The position numbers and the translations under genes are program-made. Source: Candidatus Cloacimonadales bacterium (lineage in GTDB: Bacteria; Cloacimonadota; Cloacimonadia; Cloacimonadales; DAONDQ01). From it: DNA of 64,000 nt. Shown here piece after piece: positions 9,606 through 19,698 of this stretch. Every line of letters begins with the position of its first letter. Within the stretch, counting starts at the first letter, position 1. Location: the NCBI GenBank assembly GCA_963662275.1, contig OY759316.1, positions 1,184,001 to 1,248,000 of the forward strand, in the 5' to 3' direction. The notes under the pieces were generated by a model, which saw only the letters and a program-made list of their open reading frames with translations, was not told the origin of the DNA and did no database searches.

Positions 9606-9722
9606 AACGTTTCGAATATTTAAATACAGATGTCTTTTTAATGTATTGGAGAGATTGGTGTCAATGGTTTTATGAAGCAGAGCTGTCAGCTTACACTAAC
9701 AGCTCAGGTAAGAATTGAAGAA

Positions 9723-11528
9723 TCACTCGTCTTGTGAGAATATTACTACGGAGTATGGTCCAATGCTAATTTTTCCTGAAAATGGCAAATCATCGTATGG
9801 TATATCAGAAGTCTGCACATCGGGAGAGTGATGTGTTTCGAAGTTCGGGTCATATTTATAAGAATCGCTGTTAAATCTCATTTTCCATATTCCGGCTCGA
9901 GGAAATCCAATTACATAATCATCATGATCATGGTTATAATTCTTCAGATTAACAACAACAACGACGCTATCTTTTGGGCATTGTTCCATCCATCTATGAT
10001 AAGCGATAATCTTACTAGCATCTTCATAATGATACATATGCGTATATTGACCACCCAAGCCTTTTGTCACACCTGAAACATTTCTGCGTAATGCTATCAA
10101 ATCCTTATACATTCTGAATATTCCGTGTTCGTCTTCCAGCCTTGACCAGTCGATTGGGTCTCTATCCTGGAACCAGCGGTCTTCCAGAAATTCCTGACCT
10201 TGAAATATCATGGGAATACCGGGAGATGTCATAACAAGGGCACCACCTAAGGTTGAACGTTTCCTGGAAAACCAGTTGTCCACATTACCGGGCCAGATCT
10301 GTTCTGGAATACGTTTTTTACCATTTGCGACTTCATCATGCGATTCCGTGAAGATAATACGCCGAAAAGCATCTAAGTCGTAACGATATTGAATAGCATC
10401 ACAGACTGCCCCCAGGTCACGTGATGAATCATCTACATCAATGATAGCTTGCCTGATGGGTGCTACAAATTCAATGTCCCATTGCGCATCATAACCAGCC
10501 CCACCGATCTCTTCATTTTTGGTGACCCAGGCATTATTCTGCATTCCTTCAGCAATACTGATCTTACCCTGGAAACGTTTCTTAATCTCTTCATTGATCC
10601 ACTGCATCAAGCTCCAGCCGTTGGGAATATCATCTGCGCTATCTCCATCTCTACCGGCGATATTGCCTATGAAGGGAACTGCATCCCAACGCAAGCCATC
10701 TGCATGGAATTCCTCCAGCCACATCAATGCATTATCGCATAAATACTGTCTTACTTCACCACGACCATAATCGGGACGTGTATCTCCCCAGGGCGTAAAA
10801 GAACGGTTATCATTATAGAAGTATATCCCTCCTTTGCCATTTTCACTCCAACCATCAAATCTCCATAAATCCAGATCTTCCGGTCCAAAATGGTTGTAAA
10901 CAACATCCACGATAACGGCAATTCCATGCTCATGAGCAGCTTTAATAAATTGTTTGAAGGCATCAGGTCCGCCATAGATACTCTCTACAGCAAAAGGATG
11001 AGAAGGATTATAGCCCCACGAAAAGTCTTCTGGAAACTCTGCGATAGGCATAACTTCAATTGCATTGATACCTAATTTTTGCAGATAGTCCATTTTCTCT
11101 ATCGCACTGGTAAACGTTCCAGGCTTTCCTTCCTCTTTAACATGAAATGTTCCAATATGCAATTCATAAATCACAAGATCATTCCATGTGGGAATCGTAA
11201 AGCTATCATTACCCCAATCAAAGACATCAGGAGCATAGATGATACTATTACCGATTGAGTTAGTCACCTTCCTGGCATAAGGATCATTACGTGATAAAGT
11301 ACCCTCGGAACTTTCAATCAGAAATCTATATTCATCGCCTATCTTAGCTTTCAAAATTCTTGCTGACCATAAGTCGTTTCCTTCATTTTTCAATGGAGTT
11401 GAACCCCATTGATTGAAAGCTCCAGTGACAGATACTTTTTGAGCAAAAGGAGTCCAAACCCGAAAAGTGACTCCGGTTTTACCGGGAATTGCACCAAGAT
11501 ATTTTTTAGTTGCAGATCTATCTTGCAT
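9723..11528 (-). CDS. GH13 enzyme with CBM48 (branching enzyme / maltooligosyltrehalose trehalohydrolase-like)
   Basis: GVTFRVWTP, IYELHIGTF, SWGYNP, DVVYNH, DGLRWDAV, ESHDE, PMIFQGQE motifs. Confidence 0.85.
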   Translation of the reverse strand: MQDRSATKKYLGAIPGKTGVTFRVWTPFAQKVSVTGAFNQWGSTPLKNEGNDLWSARILKAKIGDEYRFLIESSEGTLSRNDPYARKVTNSIGNSIIYAPDVFDWGNDSFTIPTWNDLVIYELHIGTFHVKEEGKPGTFTSAIEKMDYLQKLGINAIEVMPIAEFPEDFSWGYNPSHPFAVESIYGGPDAFKQFIKAAHEHGIAVIVDVVYNHFGPEDLDLWRFDGWSENGKGGIYFYNDNRSFTPWGDTRPDYGRGEVRQYLCDNALMWLEEFHADGLRWDAVPFIGNIAGRDGDSADDIPNGWSLMQWINEEIKKRFQGKISIAEGMQNNAWVTKNEEIGGAGYDAQWDIEFVAPIRQAIIDVDDSSRDLGAVCDAIQYRYDLDAFRRIIFTESHDEVANGKKRIPEQIWPGNVDNWFSRKRSTLGGALVMTSPGIPMIFQGQEFLEDRWFQDRDPIDWSRLEDEHGIFRMYKDLIALRRNVSGVTKGLGGQYTHMYHYEDASKIIAYHRWMEQCPKDSVVVVVNLKNYNHDHDDYVIGFPRAGIWKMRFNSDSYKYDPNFETHHSPDVQTSDIPYDDLPFSGKISIGPYSVVIFSQDE

Positions 11529-11666
11529 TCTCTTCTCCTAGGAACAATACGATTGTTTATCGAATCAAAAACCAAATTTAAAGAATCAGCAAAGTCATTT
11601 TTTTAAATACGGGATATCATCTAACAACAATGTAAAGCACTTAGCAGAAAGTCAAAGCCCTAAATC

Positions 11667-11734
11667 GCATTACGGTAGCAATACGGTAGCAATACGGTAG
11701 CATTACGGTAAAAAACCGTAATGCTACCGTATTG
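11667..11734. repeat. 11-bp tandem repeat ending in a perfect 20-bp-stem inverted repeat
   Basis: TACGGT at 11671, 11682, 11693, 11704; ACCGTA at 11715, 11726; stem 11690-11709 pairs with 11715-11734. Confidence 0.9.
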
Positions 11735-11841
11735 ATATAGTAATGGAATAGTAGATCATTCAAGAGGAGAAGAAATCAGAAGTTGGTACTAGAATGGAGA
11801 AGTCTGATTTGTTTTCGTAGAGACGCCGAAGTTGAGTTTTC

Positions 11842-11870
11842 GTAGAGACGCCCAAGTTGGGCGTCTCTAC
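11842..11870. repeat. REP-like palindrome family B (GTAGAGACGCCCAAGTTGGGCGTCTCTAC)
   Basis: Near-perfect palindrome; further copies at 41305, 45954, 55504, 55556, 62192 and 62248. Confidence 0.9.
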
Positions 11871-11878
11871 ATGATAAT

Positions 11879-12682
11879 TTATTTTGCTTGATAAGCGTCT
11901 TTGATTTCCTGGGTGAGTTTATTCAATTCATCGAGTTGTTCTTTCGTATAAGAACCGGCAGTCGGGGCATAGATGACTTGTTTGATTTTGGCATAGTTTG
12001 TTTTCGAAACGATATAGTAATCAGATTTAATGATATTTTCGTTAGTCAGTTTGTTCATATTGTCGATGAGTTCATTCAGGATGCCTTTCTGGTCAACGAT
12101 CGTCGATTTGTCTGCTTTATAGTTGGTATTGACAAGGTAAGACATGCGATTCAAACCTTCAGTCCATCCGCCTAACTGCATGAGCGTAAACAAATCATAA
12201 CGTTTGGTCTCAAAAAGAGATGATTCGACATCAATCTTATATTTATCCAGAGCAAGTTCCAGGTTTTTCCAATCTTCAGATTTCACATAACCTTGCAGTT
12301 CATCAGCAAATTTCAGGATATTTTCATCGATACCGATAAATTTTGAATCTTCGATCATGGCTGTGGAAATCGCCATAAGTTTGGTCTTATTCTTCGCTTT
12401 TACAGCGAGAACACCATCAGCAGTCAGCACTCCGAGAGCGAAAGATGTTTTATAGACTTCTTTTTCGGATTGATAGATGTCTTTGCTGACAGCTTTGTCA
12501 TAATCAGCATTTTTAAGAAAATCAAGCCCAGATAAGATAGATGAAAGGCTTGGAAGTGGTACAAGGTAATAATCTGTTACTTCTTCAGCAGTTTTAGGGG
12601 GTAGTTTTTGTTTGTTCTTGCAACCAACGATAAGAGTGGAGATAACCACCAATATTAGTGTTACAATTAAGAATCTCTTCAT
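11879..12682 (-). CDS. Hypothetical lipoprotein
   Basis: MKRFLIV...LIVGC lipobox; start chosen from RBS GGAGG; lies directly downstream of the ABC gene. Confidence 0.7.
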   Translation of the reverse strand: MKRFLIVTLILVVISTLIVGCKNKQKLPPKTAEEVTDYYLVPLPSLSSILSGLDFLKNADYDKAVSKDIYQSEKEVYKTSFALGVLTADGVLAVKAKNKTKLMAISTAMIEDSKFIGIDENILKFADELQGYVKSEDWKNLELALDKYKIDVESSLFETKRYDLFTLMQLGGWTEGLNRMSYLVNTNYKADKSTIVDQKGILNELIDNMNKLTNENIIKSDYYIVSKTNYAKIKQVIYAPTAGSYTKEQLDELNKLTQEIKDAYQAK

Positions 12683-12740
12683 CATTTCCTCCATATTAAT
12701 AAACAAAGATGTTAATTTTAGCTTCCTTAAATCTAATTCG

Positions 12741-15700
12741 TTATTCCTTGAAGTAGTACTTCAGTTTCACTAATGTCGCAGCTTGAAAGAACAAGGCATA
12801 AAGAATTACGATCCAAAGATCCAGGTAATAGGTTCTGTATTTATGGTTAAATACATGTATATACGATGATAGAAACACATTCTGATTTGTATTCAGAAAA
12901 TGACCATCCATCATATTCACAGCATTATTAATATTACGGTTTGAGAATTTCTCCAAAGGATAATTCCTAGCAATGATAGCTTTTTCAGAATATAGCCTAT
13001 CTGTGCCTTTCTGAAATACATCAAATCCAATATATCCTTTTCTATAGTTTTTTTCCAATGTCAATCTTTTTTTCTCCTGCTTGTCTAAGAGACGGTCATA
13101 AGTATTCAGATTTGCCTGTGCTGTCAACATCCCTTCAAATAACCAGCGGGATGGAATGACTTGTACAATTTCAGGGATTGGGCTTTTTTTCAGGACTTTC
13201 AGGTCCTGGTTCATTTTCTCATATTGGATGATGGCACCGCCGAAGATGATCTGGGGTATCAGTACTAACGGAAGGATGTTGATGATTGCCCTGTTGTCAT
13301 TTAGGAATGTGGAGATAAACAGTCCCATGGAAAAACCAATGAAGGAGGAGGCGAAATAATACATGATGCTGGGCAGCATAATTCCCTTCATATCTAAGAT
13401 AGATGCTGAGACTCCATAATACAGAAGTACTTGTACCAGGGCAAAGAGAGAAAGGACAATCACTTTAGCACCCAGGTAATCACTGGGATGCATATTCATC
13501 ATTTTCTCCCTCAGGATCATACGTCTTTCTTCCAATATTTCCTGGATACTGGATGACATGCCAAGAAAGATGAACACAATGATGGAAACGAAGATATATA
13601 CTCCAATGTTTGTGTTTTTATAGTAACTGTATTTATCTGCTTCCGGTGCCAGCCTTAAGATATATCCCACTATCAGCCCCAGGATTGGAGCTTCCAGGAA
13701 AGTAATGATGATATTGGTTCGATTACGTATTTTTAACTGGAAACTACGCTTGATATAAAGTAAGAAGAGTTTGAATCTGCCAAGGAGAGTAAGTTTCTTC
13801 TGTTTCACTTGTTTTGCCGGTAAATCTCCAAAATCATTCGGCATTTCATTACTGATGATTTCAAACAGCATCTTTCTTTTATAACGGTCTCTCCAGTATT
13901 CGGGAGGAAATTTGCGTTTTACTGCAATACGCTGGTTGACCTGCTCATAGGCAATTTCACCATTTTCACGATATTCCGGATAAGAGATTACATCATAAAC
14001 ATAATCAGGCGTTTTTAAAGAACGTTTCTTTTCGATGTCACTCTTCTTGAAAGTGGTTTGTGCTAATTCAATATCGAAATAGGAGAAAGTATCATCGGGA
14101 GAGCCATAATAGACTTGTTTTCCACCCATATCCATCAGCAGGACTTTATCGAATTTCGCATAAATATCCGCATTAGGCTGATGAATTGTGCATAAGACTA
14201 TCTTTCCCTGGATCGTCAATTCCTTCAGCATATCTATGACTTGTTCAGCATCACTTGAAGATAAACCGGATGTAGGTTCATCACAGATAATGAGAGTTGG
14301 TTCGAACAGCATTTCCAAAGCGATATTCAATCTTTTCCGTTCACCACCGCTCATGAATTTGTTCTTAACATCACCAACCGGCGAGTACTTACGCTGCATC
14401 AGATTTGTCTGGTTGAGAATGATGCTGATTTTCTGATCAAGTTGTTCATTAGAAATTGTGGGCATACGCATTTTGCCCCTGTACATGAGATTCTCATAAA
14501 CAGTCAGATTACTGAATAATAGATCTTCCTGAGGTACATAACCAAAATGTTCCGTAAAATACATAAGATTACGATTGAGGTTTTTCCCATCGATTTTGAT
14601 TGTGCCATAGGTTGGATGTATTTCAGCACTGATTGTTTTCAAAAGAGTTGATTTTCCACATCCGCTTTGTCCCAGGATGCCTATGAAGTTTCCTTTATTC
14701 ATGCTGAAAGAGATACTGTCCAGGGCAAGAGTATTATCCTTGAAAAAGTGTTTGATATCCATGATTTCAATATGATTGATTTCAAAGGGAACTTCCACAA
14801 AATCGTAAAAACTGTTGATTCGATAATTTCGTTTCTGAATAGATAAAACGTCTGTATTCAGATGAAAAGGAGAAGGCTGGCTGATGATACTTCCATTGAC
14901 TGAAAATGAAAATCCTTTTTTCACAGGATAAATCATCAGTTGAGCATCAGTTACCGTAAAACGAATCACAGTTTTCGTACTCGCTGTCCTGGATAGAGTA
15001 TAATACTCTCCTTCGTGGTTAATAAAGAGTTCATTGGGGATTATGCTTTCAACACCAATATCCGATCTTTCATGAATTACATCCTGGAGTGTGAAAGATC
15101 CATAGTCACCTTTGATCTGCATGATATCATCATAGGCGATAGACCATTCATGATTATGAGGAACACTCTTGCCATTCCGATAGACAGCCCCCTGGTTGAG
15201 AATGACAGAATAGTGGTTTTTGTTATTAATAATCCGAAAATCGTAGTCTTGCTTATGGAAATAGATGATATCATAAGTTTCTTGAGCCATATACATTTTG
15301 CTCATAATATCATGCTCAAAATTGATATTTCCAACTGTTAAGACGCTGTCTTTGGGCAGATAATAGATCACATTGGCGTTCAAAGGATTCCCGTTGATTT
15401 GCGAGGTTGTTTTGGCGGAAGTCAGGACAAACATGTATTTATCGATGAGAATGAGTAGTAATTCCCGATCGGCAACGTTTTTATTCTTAAATATGATATC
15501 GTTTTCCTTCTCTCTGCCGAATGTTAAATAATCATAAAAGAGCGAAGTATGAGCTGAAGAGAATAGATTTCCATGTTCGATTATTATCAGATTATCATTC
15601 TTTGTCTCGAAGGAATTGATAAGAGACATGAACCCTTCAGTATCTAAACTGAAAAGTTTGCTTAACTCGAGGATCGTGGTAATTTCAGAGATGACTAAAT

Positions 15701-16016
15701 TATTATTAGAATTTGCCATAATCACGATACTCAAGAGAATCCGAATCTTATCCAGGCGAGTCAGGTGAATGTTCAGATAGGATATTACTTGTTCTACGGG
15801 AATATCGTTTTCTAATACCTGGCGCAAATAGACTTCCCAGGAAACGTCCACTTTATGAAACAGATTCACTAATACTGAATAGAGAATGGCAACTTCATCA
15901 GAACTGACACGTATATCAGATTTCAGTAAATGAACATATAATCGAGTGACCATGTCGATTGTTTTCTTATGTTCTCTTTGTGACGTTCGTGAGCTTTGTA
16001 CCATTCCAGGCTTCAT
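12741..16016 (-). CDS. Fused ABC transporter: TerB-like N-terminus, FHA-like beta domains, ABCG-type ATPase, ABC-2 membrane domain
   Basis: GQSGCGKST, MSGGERKR, ICDEPTSG, CTIHQP; C-terminal TM helices with PLVLIPQIIFGG; LTFGRE..DIIF FHA-like motif; TerB call is tentative. Confidence 0.75.
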   Translation of the reverse strand: MKPGMVQSSRTSQREHKKTIDMVTRLYVHLLKSDIRVSSDEVAILYSVLVNLFHKVDVSWEVYLRQVLENDIPVEQVISYLNIHLTRLDKIRILLSIVIMANSNNNLVISEITTILELSKLFSLDTEGFMSLINSFETKNDNLIIIEHGNLFSSAHTSLFYDYLTFGREKENDIIFKNKNVADRELLLILIDKYMFVLTSAKTTSQINGNPLNANVIYYLPKDSVLTVGNINFEHDIMSKMYMAQETYDIIYFHKQDYDFRIINNKNHYSVILNQGAVYRNGKSVPHNHEWSIAYDDIMQIKGDYGSFTLQDVIHERSDIGVESIIPNELFINHEGEYYTLSRTASTKTVIRFTVTDAQLMIYPVKKGFSFSVNGSIISQPSPFHLNTDVLSIQKRNYRINSFYDFVEVPFEINHIEIMDIKHFFKDNTLALDSISFSMNKGNFIGILGQSGCGKSTLLKTISAEIHPTYGTIKIDGKNLNRNLMYFTEHFGYVPQEDLLFSNLTVYENLMYRGKMRMPTISNEQLDQKISIILNQTNLMQRKYSPVGDVKNKFMSGGERKRLNIALEMLFEPTLIICDEPTSGLSSSDAEQVIDMLKELTIQGKIVLCTIHQPNADIYAKFDKVLLMDMGGKQVYYGSPDDTFSYFDIELAQTTFKKSDIEKKRSLKTPDYVYDVISYPEYRENGEIAYEQVNQRIAVKRKFPPEYWRDRYKRKMLFEIISNEMPNDFGDLPAKQVKQKKLTLLGRFKLFLLYIKRSFQLKIRNRTNIIITFLEAPILGLIVGYILRLAPEADKYSYYKNTNIGVYIFVSIIVFIFLGMSSSIQEILEERRMILREKMMNMHPSDYLGAKVIVLSLFALVQVLLYYGVSASILDMKGIMLPSIMYYFASSFIGFSMGLFISTFLNDNRAIINILPLVLIPQIIFGGAIIQYEKMNQDLKVLKKSPIPEIVQVIPSRWLFEGMLTAQANLNTYDRLLDKQEKKRLTLEKNYRKGYIGFDVFQKGTDRLYSEKAIIARNYPLEKFSNRNINNAVNMMDGHFLNTNQNVFLSSYIHVFNHKYRTYYLDLWIVILYALFFQAATLVKLKYYFKE

Positions 16017-16027
16017 TGTTTCCTCAT

Positions 16028-17332
16028 TTATAAATGGGCTAATAATTTGTGTTTATGCTGCTGGCAGGATTCGCAATCATGAATCATACAGAATTCACGA
16101 TAGAGTTGCTGCAAACCCAGTTGACGGAGGGCAGAACCCCTAAGCTGAGATGACTGGCTGATCGTCATAAAACGCTTCATATCCCTGATATGGGCATTTT
16201 CAGGTAACCCGGGATAAATGATATAGAGATGTTCCAATTGTTTGCTTAAGTCTGCATTTTTGAGTTTTTTAGCGTAGATCATCTCGATGGGTAGCAAGGC
16301 ATTGATAATGAATAAACGCAGCATGTTCCTGCCCCAGGTTTGATGAACGGAATGGAGAGGAGACCCTGCATTTAAGAGATCATTTAATGCCATCTCAAGC
16401 GATTTTGCTGATTTATTGCTATAATTTTGGAATATCTGATGAATTTGCTCTTGCAATTGATGATCTAGAGAGCGATATAGAAAATTCCTGGTAACCTGTA
16501 TTCTTTTTAGTGGATGATGGGCTGGTCTGATACGGAAATGATTCCATTCACAGGGAATTTGCTGTTGAAAGTACTTTTGTTTCTTATACGTTGTCAGCCA
16601 ATATTGGGCTTCTTCCGTGTTTTTAATGGAAGTAATCAATCCGGAACTGCACAGAAAGATCGCAGTCATCTCATCCATAGTCATACCGGCTTTTTTCCAA
16701 ACCTGTAATTGATGATAGGGGAGCTGTTCTGCCAGGATGAGGAAGGGAAACTGGTTCTGCCGATATCCCATAGCTTCCATCAAGGATTGAAAGATGATTT
16801 GATTCATATCATTGAAATGTAATTCAGCCTGGAACCTGGCTATTCGCCTGTGTAAGCGTTCCATTCCATATTGATTTAAAAGTATTTTGACTTGTTCCGG
16901 CTGCAGACCTGCGAAGAAATGACACAATGGTTCCCGGTTCGGAATAGGTATGGCAGGTGGTGTTAGTTGAGATATCTCATTATCCAGGAAATTCTTCAAT
17001 TCCAGGATATCGATGATACTGCCATTTTCCGCAATCGTGAATTGCTGTTTTAAATTATGTTCAAAAACCACATGCATGATAACATGATTATAAACCGGGT
17101 CTTCATGATGCCGATGTGCAATCCAATCTGATGTTTTAAGGTGAATTTCAATATCTCCACGTTTGATTACACCATTTATTTCCAAAACAGCGTGATGATA
17201 ATCAGGTCCAACGTTGGTGTTGAAATGTCCGGGGAAGAGTATTTTTATGTGTTTGTGAGTGACCGTTGCCATTTCTGGAATGAAATGCCGTGCATCCCAA
17301 ATGTGATAGAGATATCTCTCTGGCAAATTCAT
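16028..17332 (-). CDS. DUF2851 family protein
   Basis: PG..N...GPDY, GDIEIH...SDW..H.HH.DP.YN.VIMHVV, RPAHHP, C-terminal CxxxxCxxC. Confidence 0.8.
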   Translation of the reverse strand: MNLPERYLYHIWDARHFIPEMATVTHKHIKILFPGHFNTNVGPDYHHAVLEINGVIKRGDIEIHLKTSDWIAHRHHEDPVYNHVIMHVVFEHNLKQQFTIAENGSIIDILELKNFLDNEISQLTPPAIPIPNREPLCHFFAGLQPEQVKILLNQYGMERLHRRIARFQAELHFNDMNQIIFQSLMEAMGYRQNQFPFLILAEQLPYHQLQVWKKAGMTMDEMTAIFLCSSGLITSIKNTEEAQYWLTTYKKQKYFQQQIPCEWNHFRIRPAHHPLKRIQVTRNFLYRSLDHQLQEQIHQIFQNYSNKSAKSLEMALNDLLNAGSPLHSVHQTWGRNMLRLFIINALLPIEMIYAKKLKNADLSKQLEHLYIIYPGLPENAHIRDMKRFMTISQSSQLRGSALRQLGLQQLYREFCMIHDCESCQQHKHKLLAHL

Positions 17333-17333
17333 C

Positions 17334-18002
17334 TTAATAATAGGTCTTCAGCACTGAATAACGGTGACGCAGGATGCGATTGCGATTGAAGTTATTGACG
17401 TTATACCGAATCGGATTAGGGACTATCGTCACAAGCCGAATTGATTGTTCCCGATTCAGCTTTGAAACACTTTTCCCATAATACTGAAGAGAAGCTTGTT
17501 CAATGCCGAAGGTACCCTTACCCCATTCGATGTAATTCAGGTACAATTCAAGTATTCTTCGTTTCGGCATGAGAAGTTCGAGTTCACCGGATATCCAGAA
17601 CTCCATGTATTTCCGCAGGTAGTTACGATCAGTTGTCAGGAATAAGGTTCGAGCCAATTGATTTGTGATCGTACTACCTCCCAGCTTTATCTTGTGTCGG
17701 CGTTTGTTGACTTTATAGGCATGTTTGATCTGGTCGATATTAAATCCCCAGTGTTCAGCAAAATTACTGTCTTCCAGGTTCACCAGCATGGAATATGTTT
17801 TCTTGGGTATACTTCCGAGGGGGATGAATTTGACCCATTTCACAGGATAACCGCGTATGATCTTACGTTGAATCATCAAAGTTGTGATGGGTGGGTTGAT
17901 AAAATTATACAGCATGATCAGGATGAAGATAATTCCCAAGAACCAAAGATGCAGTTTTAGAATGAAAATTCCAATACGCTTCAATAGACTATTTTTTTTC
18001 AT
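17334..18002 (-). CDS. mtgA: Monofunctional peptidoglycan transglycosylase (GT51)
   Basis: ED..F..HWGF, GGSTITNQLARTLFL, RKYME, KRRILELYLN..EWG; N-terminal TM helix; start placed at MKKNSL. Confidence 0.85.
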   Translation of the reverse strand: MKKNSLLKRIGIFILKLHLWFLGIIFILIMLYNFINPPITTLMIQRKIIRGYPVKWVKFIPLGSIPKKTYSMLVNLEDSNFAEHWGFNIDQIKHAYKVNKRRHKIKLGGSTITNQLARTLFLTTDRNYLRKYMEFWISGELELLMPKRRILELYLNYIEWGKGTFGIEQASLQYYGKSVSKLNREQSIRLVTIVPNPIRYNVNNFNRNRILRHRYSVLKTYY

Positions 18003-18003
18003 T

Positions 18004-18810
18004 TTATGCTCTTTCTTCATGATCAGTAATTGCATCCATATCTTTTTCAATATGTTTCTTGTGGGTTGAATACTGATAACCAGTCGCGATATTTCGTATA
18101 ATATAGGAGGCTGCCCACATTCCCATGATGGCAGGCATGTAACCGACAGAACCAATGGTTACGCGTGATCTGCCCCGAGCAGAAATGGTTTCATCCAAGG
18201 GGATTGAATCTTCGGCAAATTCCCTAATAGGAAATTCAGATGAATAAATGACAGGTATTCCTGATGCAATTCCTCTTCGCTTCAGGAATTTCCTTACCCT
18301 TCTTGCTAATGGGCAACGGCTGGTTTCAGAGATATCAGCTAAATGTATCTGGGAAGGATCCATTCGATTACCTGCACCCAGGATGGAGATGATGGGAATC
18401 TTCCTGTGATAGGCATCTTCCATTAAACCTACTTTAGGTCCAAGACCATCAATGGCGTCTACAATGAAGTCCACATTCTGGAGAAGCTGGTCTCGGCTTT
18501 CTATCGCACAGAAATCTGCAAAGATATCTACTTCTGCCTCAGGATTGATATCCAGGATTCGGTCTCGCATAACTTCAGCTTTCATTTTCCCAACTGTACT
18601 ATGCAATGCGATAATCTGCCTGTTAAGGTTTGTTGCCCCGATCGTATCAAAATCAACTAGCAGAAAGCGTCCGATACCACTTCGTGCTAATCCTTCACAG
18701 GTATAACCACCGACTCCACCAAGACCGATAACTGCAACACGGCATTCGTGAAGACGCTGTACAGCTTCGTTGCCTAATAATAATTCAGTGCGATTAAATT
18801 GATCTTTCAT
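18004..18810 (-). CDS. tcdA: tRNA threonylcarbamoyladenosine dehydratase (ThiF family)
   Basis: GLGGVGG, DFD....TNLNRQ, VDAID, GAGNRMDP, CPLARRVRK. Confidence 0.85.
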   Translation of the reverse strand: MKDQFNRTELLLGNEAVQRLHECRVAVIGLGGVGGYTCEGLARSGIGRFLLVDFDTIGATNLNRQIIALHSTVGKMKAEVMRDRILDINPEAEVDIFADFCAIESRDQLLQNVDFIVDAIDGLGPKVGLMEDAYHRKIPIISILGAGNRMDPSQIHLADISETSRCPLARRVRKFLKRRGIASGIPVIYSSEFPIREFAEDSIPLDETISARGRSRVTIGSVGYMPAIMGMWAASYIIRNIATGYQYSTHKKHIEKDMDAITDHEERA

Positions 18811-18817
18811 GTGTTTC

Positions 18818-19690
18818 CTAAACCGTTTTCATGGTTCCGGTAAATCCTAATTCATCCAAACTTTTCCAAGTCAATGCTCGTAAAGATAAAGTATCGACTG
18901 CTCCTGCTTCTGCAAGTTTTTCTGCAATTTGAGGTAAGTATCTGAGTTTGTTGCATTCTGTTTCAGCAAAATATGGCTTTTGTGCAGGAGCATCGGTTTC
19001 TATCACAATTAAGCCCCAATCGAGTATGTTTTTGAGTACTTTCTCATGATTTTTGGATAACAGTATGGAAGCTCCTAAAGAGAAGCCAAAACGCAAGGAT
19101 TTAAAGATTTGAACTACTTCCTCTGAACTGGCAAAACTATGTAAAATTCCCCTGGTCTTTGGGAAGTTGTTCTTAATCAATTTATATAGGTCGTAATACC
19201 TACCGACAGAATGAAATACGACTGGCAGGTCATATGTTTTAGCCATTTCCAATTGAGTAAGAAGCAGCTTTTCTTGTAATTTCTGGTTATCATAGCGGGA
19301 ATCAAATCCTATCTCACCAATGGCTATGATCTTTCCCTGCTGTGCAAGTCCCGCTACCAAATCAATATCACCTTTTGTCTCTTCCACAAACATGGGGTGG
19401 ATGCCTGCATACCATTCCATATTTGTAGAGTAGGACGCCGTTCCTGCTGTCTTCGTAATTTGCTGCATTGTAGAGCAAGACGCCGATCCTGCTGTATTCA
19501 CATTCTTCTGCTGGTAGTTCAAATGCCATTCGAATTGCTCTTTATTATAGGCACTGGAGAAGAATTTAACAACTCCCACTTTCTCTGCTTCGAGGACTTC
19601 TTCAGCAATATCAGCTTGATCGAATTCAATAATATCACAGAAATGGCAATGGAAATCAAACCAACCGGTTGGGTAATGTCCAATATCCAT
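18818..19690 (-). CDS. TatD family hydrolase carrying an in-frame repeat insertion
   Basis: DFHCH, GIHP, AIGEIG, PVVFH, ILHSF, IETDAP; extra TAGSASCST..TAGTASYST segment. Confidence 0.85.
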   Translation of the reverse strand: MDIGHYPTGWFDFHCHFCDIIEFDQADIAEEVLEAEKVGVVKFFSSAYNKEQFEWHLNYQQKNVNTAGSASCSTMQQITKTAGTASYSTNMEWYAGIHPMFVEETKGDIDLVAGLAQQGKIIAIGEIGFDSRYDNQKLQEKLLLTQLEMAKTYDLPVVFHSVGRYYDLYKLIKNNFPKTRGILHSFASSEEVVQIFKSLRFGFSLGASILLSKNHEKVLKNILDWGLIVIETDAPAQKPYFAETECNKLRYLPQIAEKLAEAGAVDTLSLRALTWKSLDELGFTGTMKTV

Positions 19691-19698
19691 ATTTAGCC

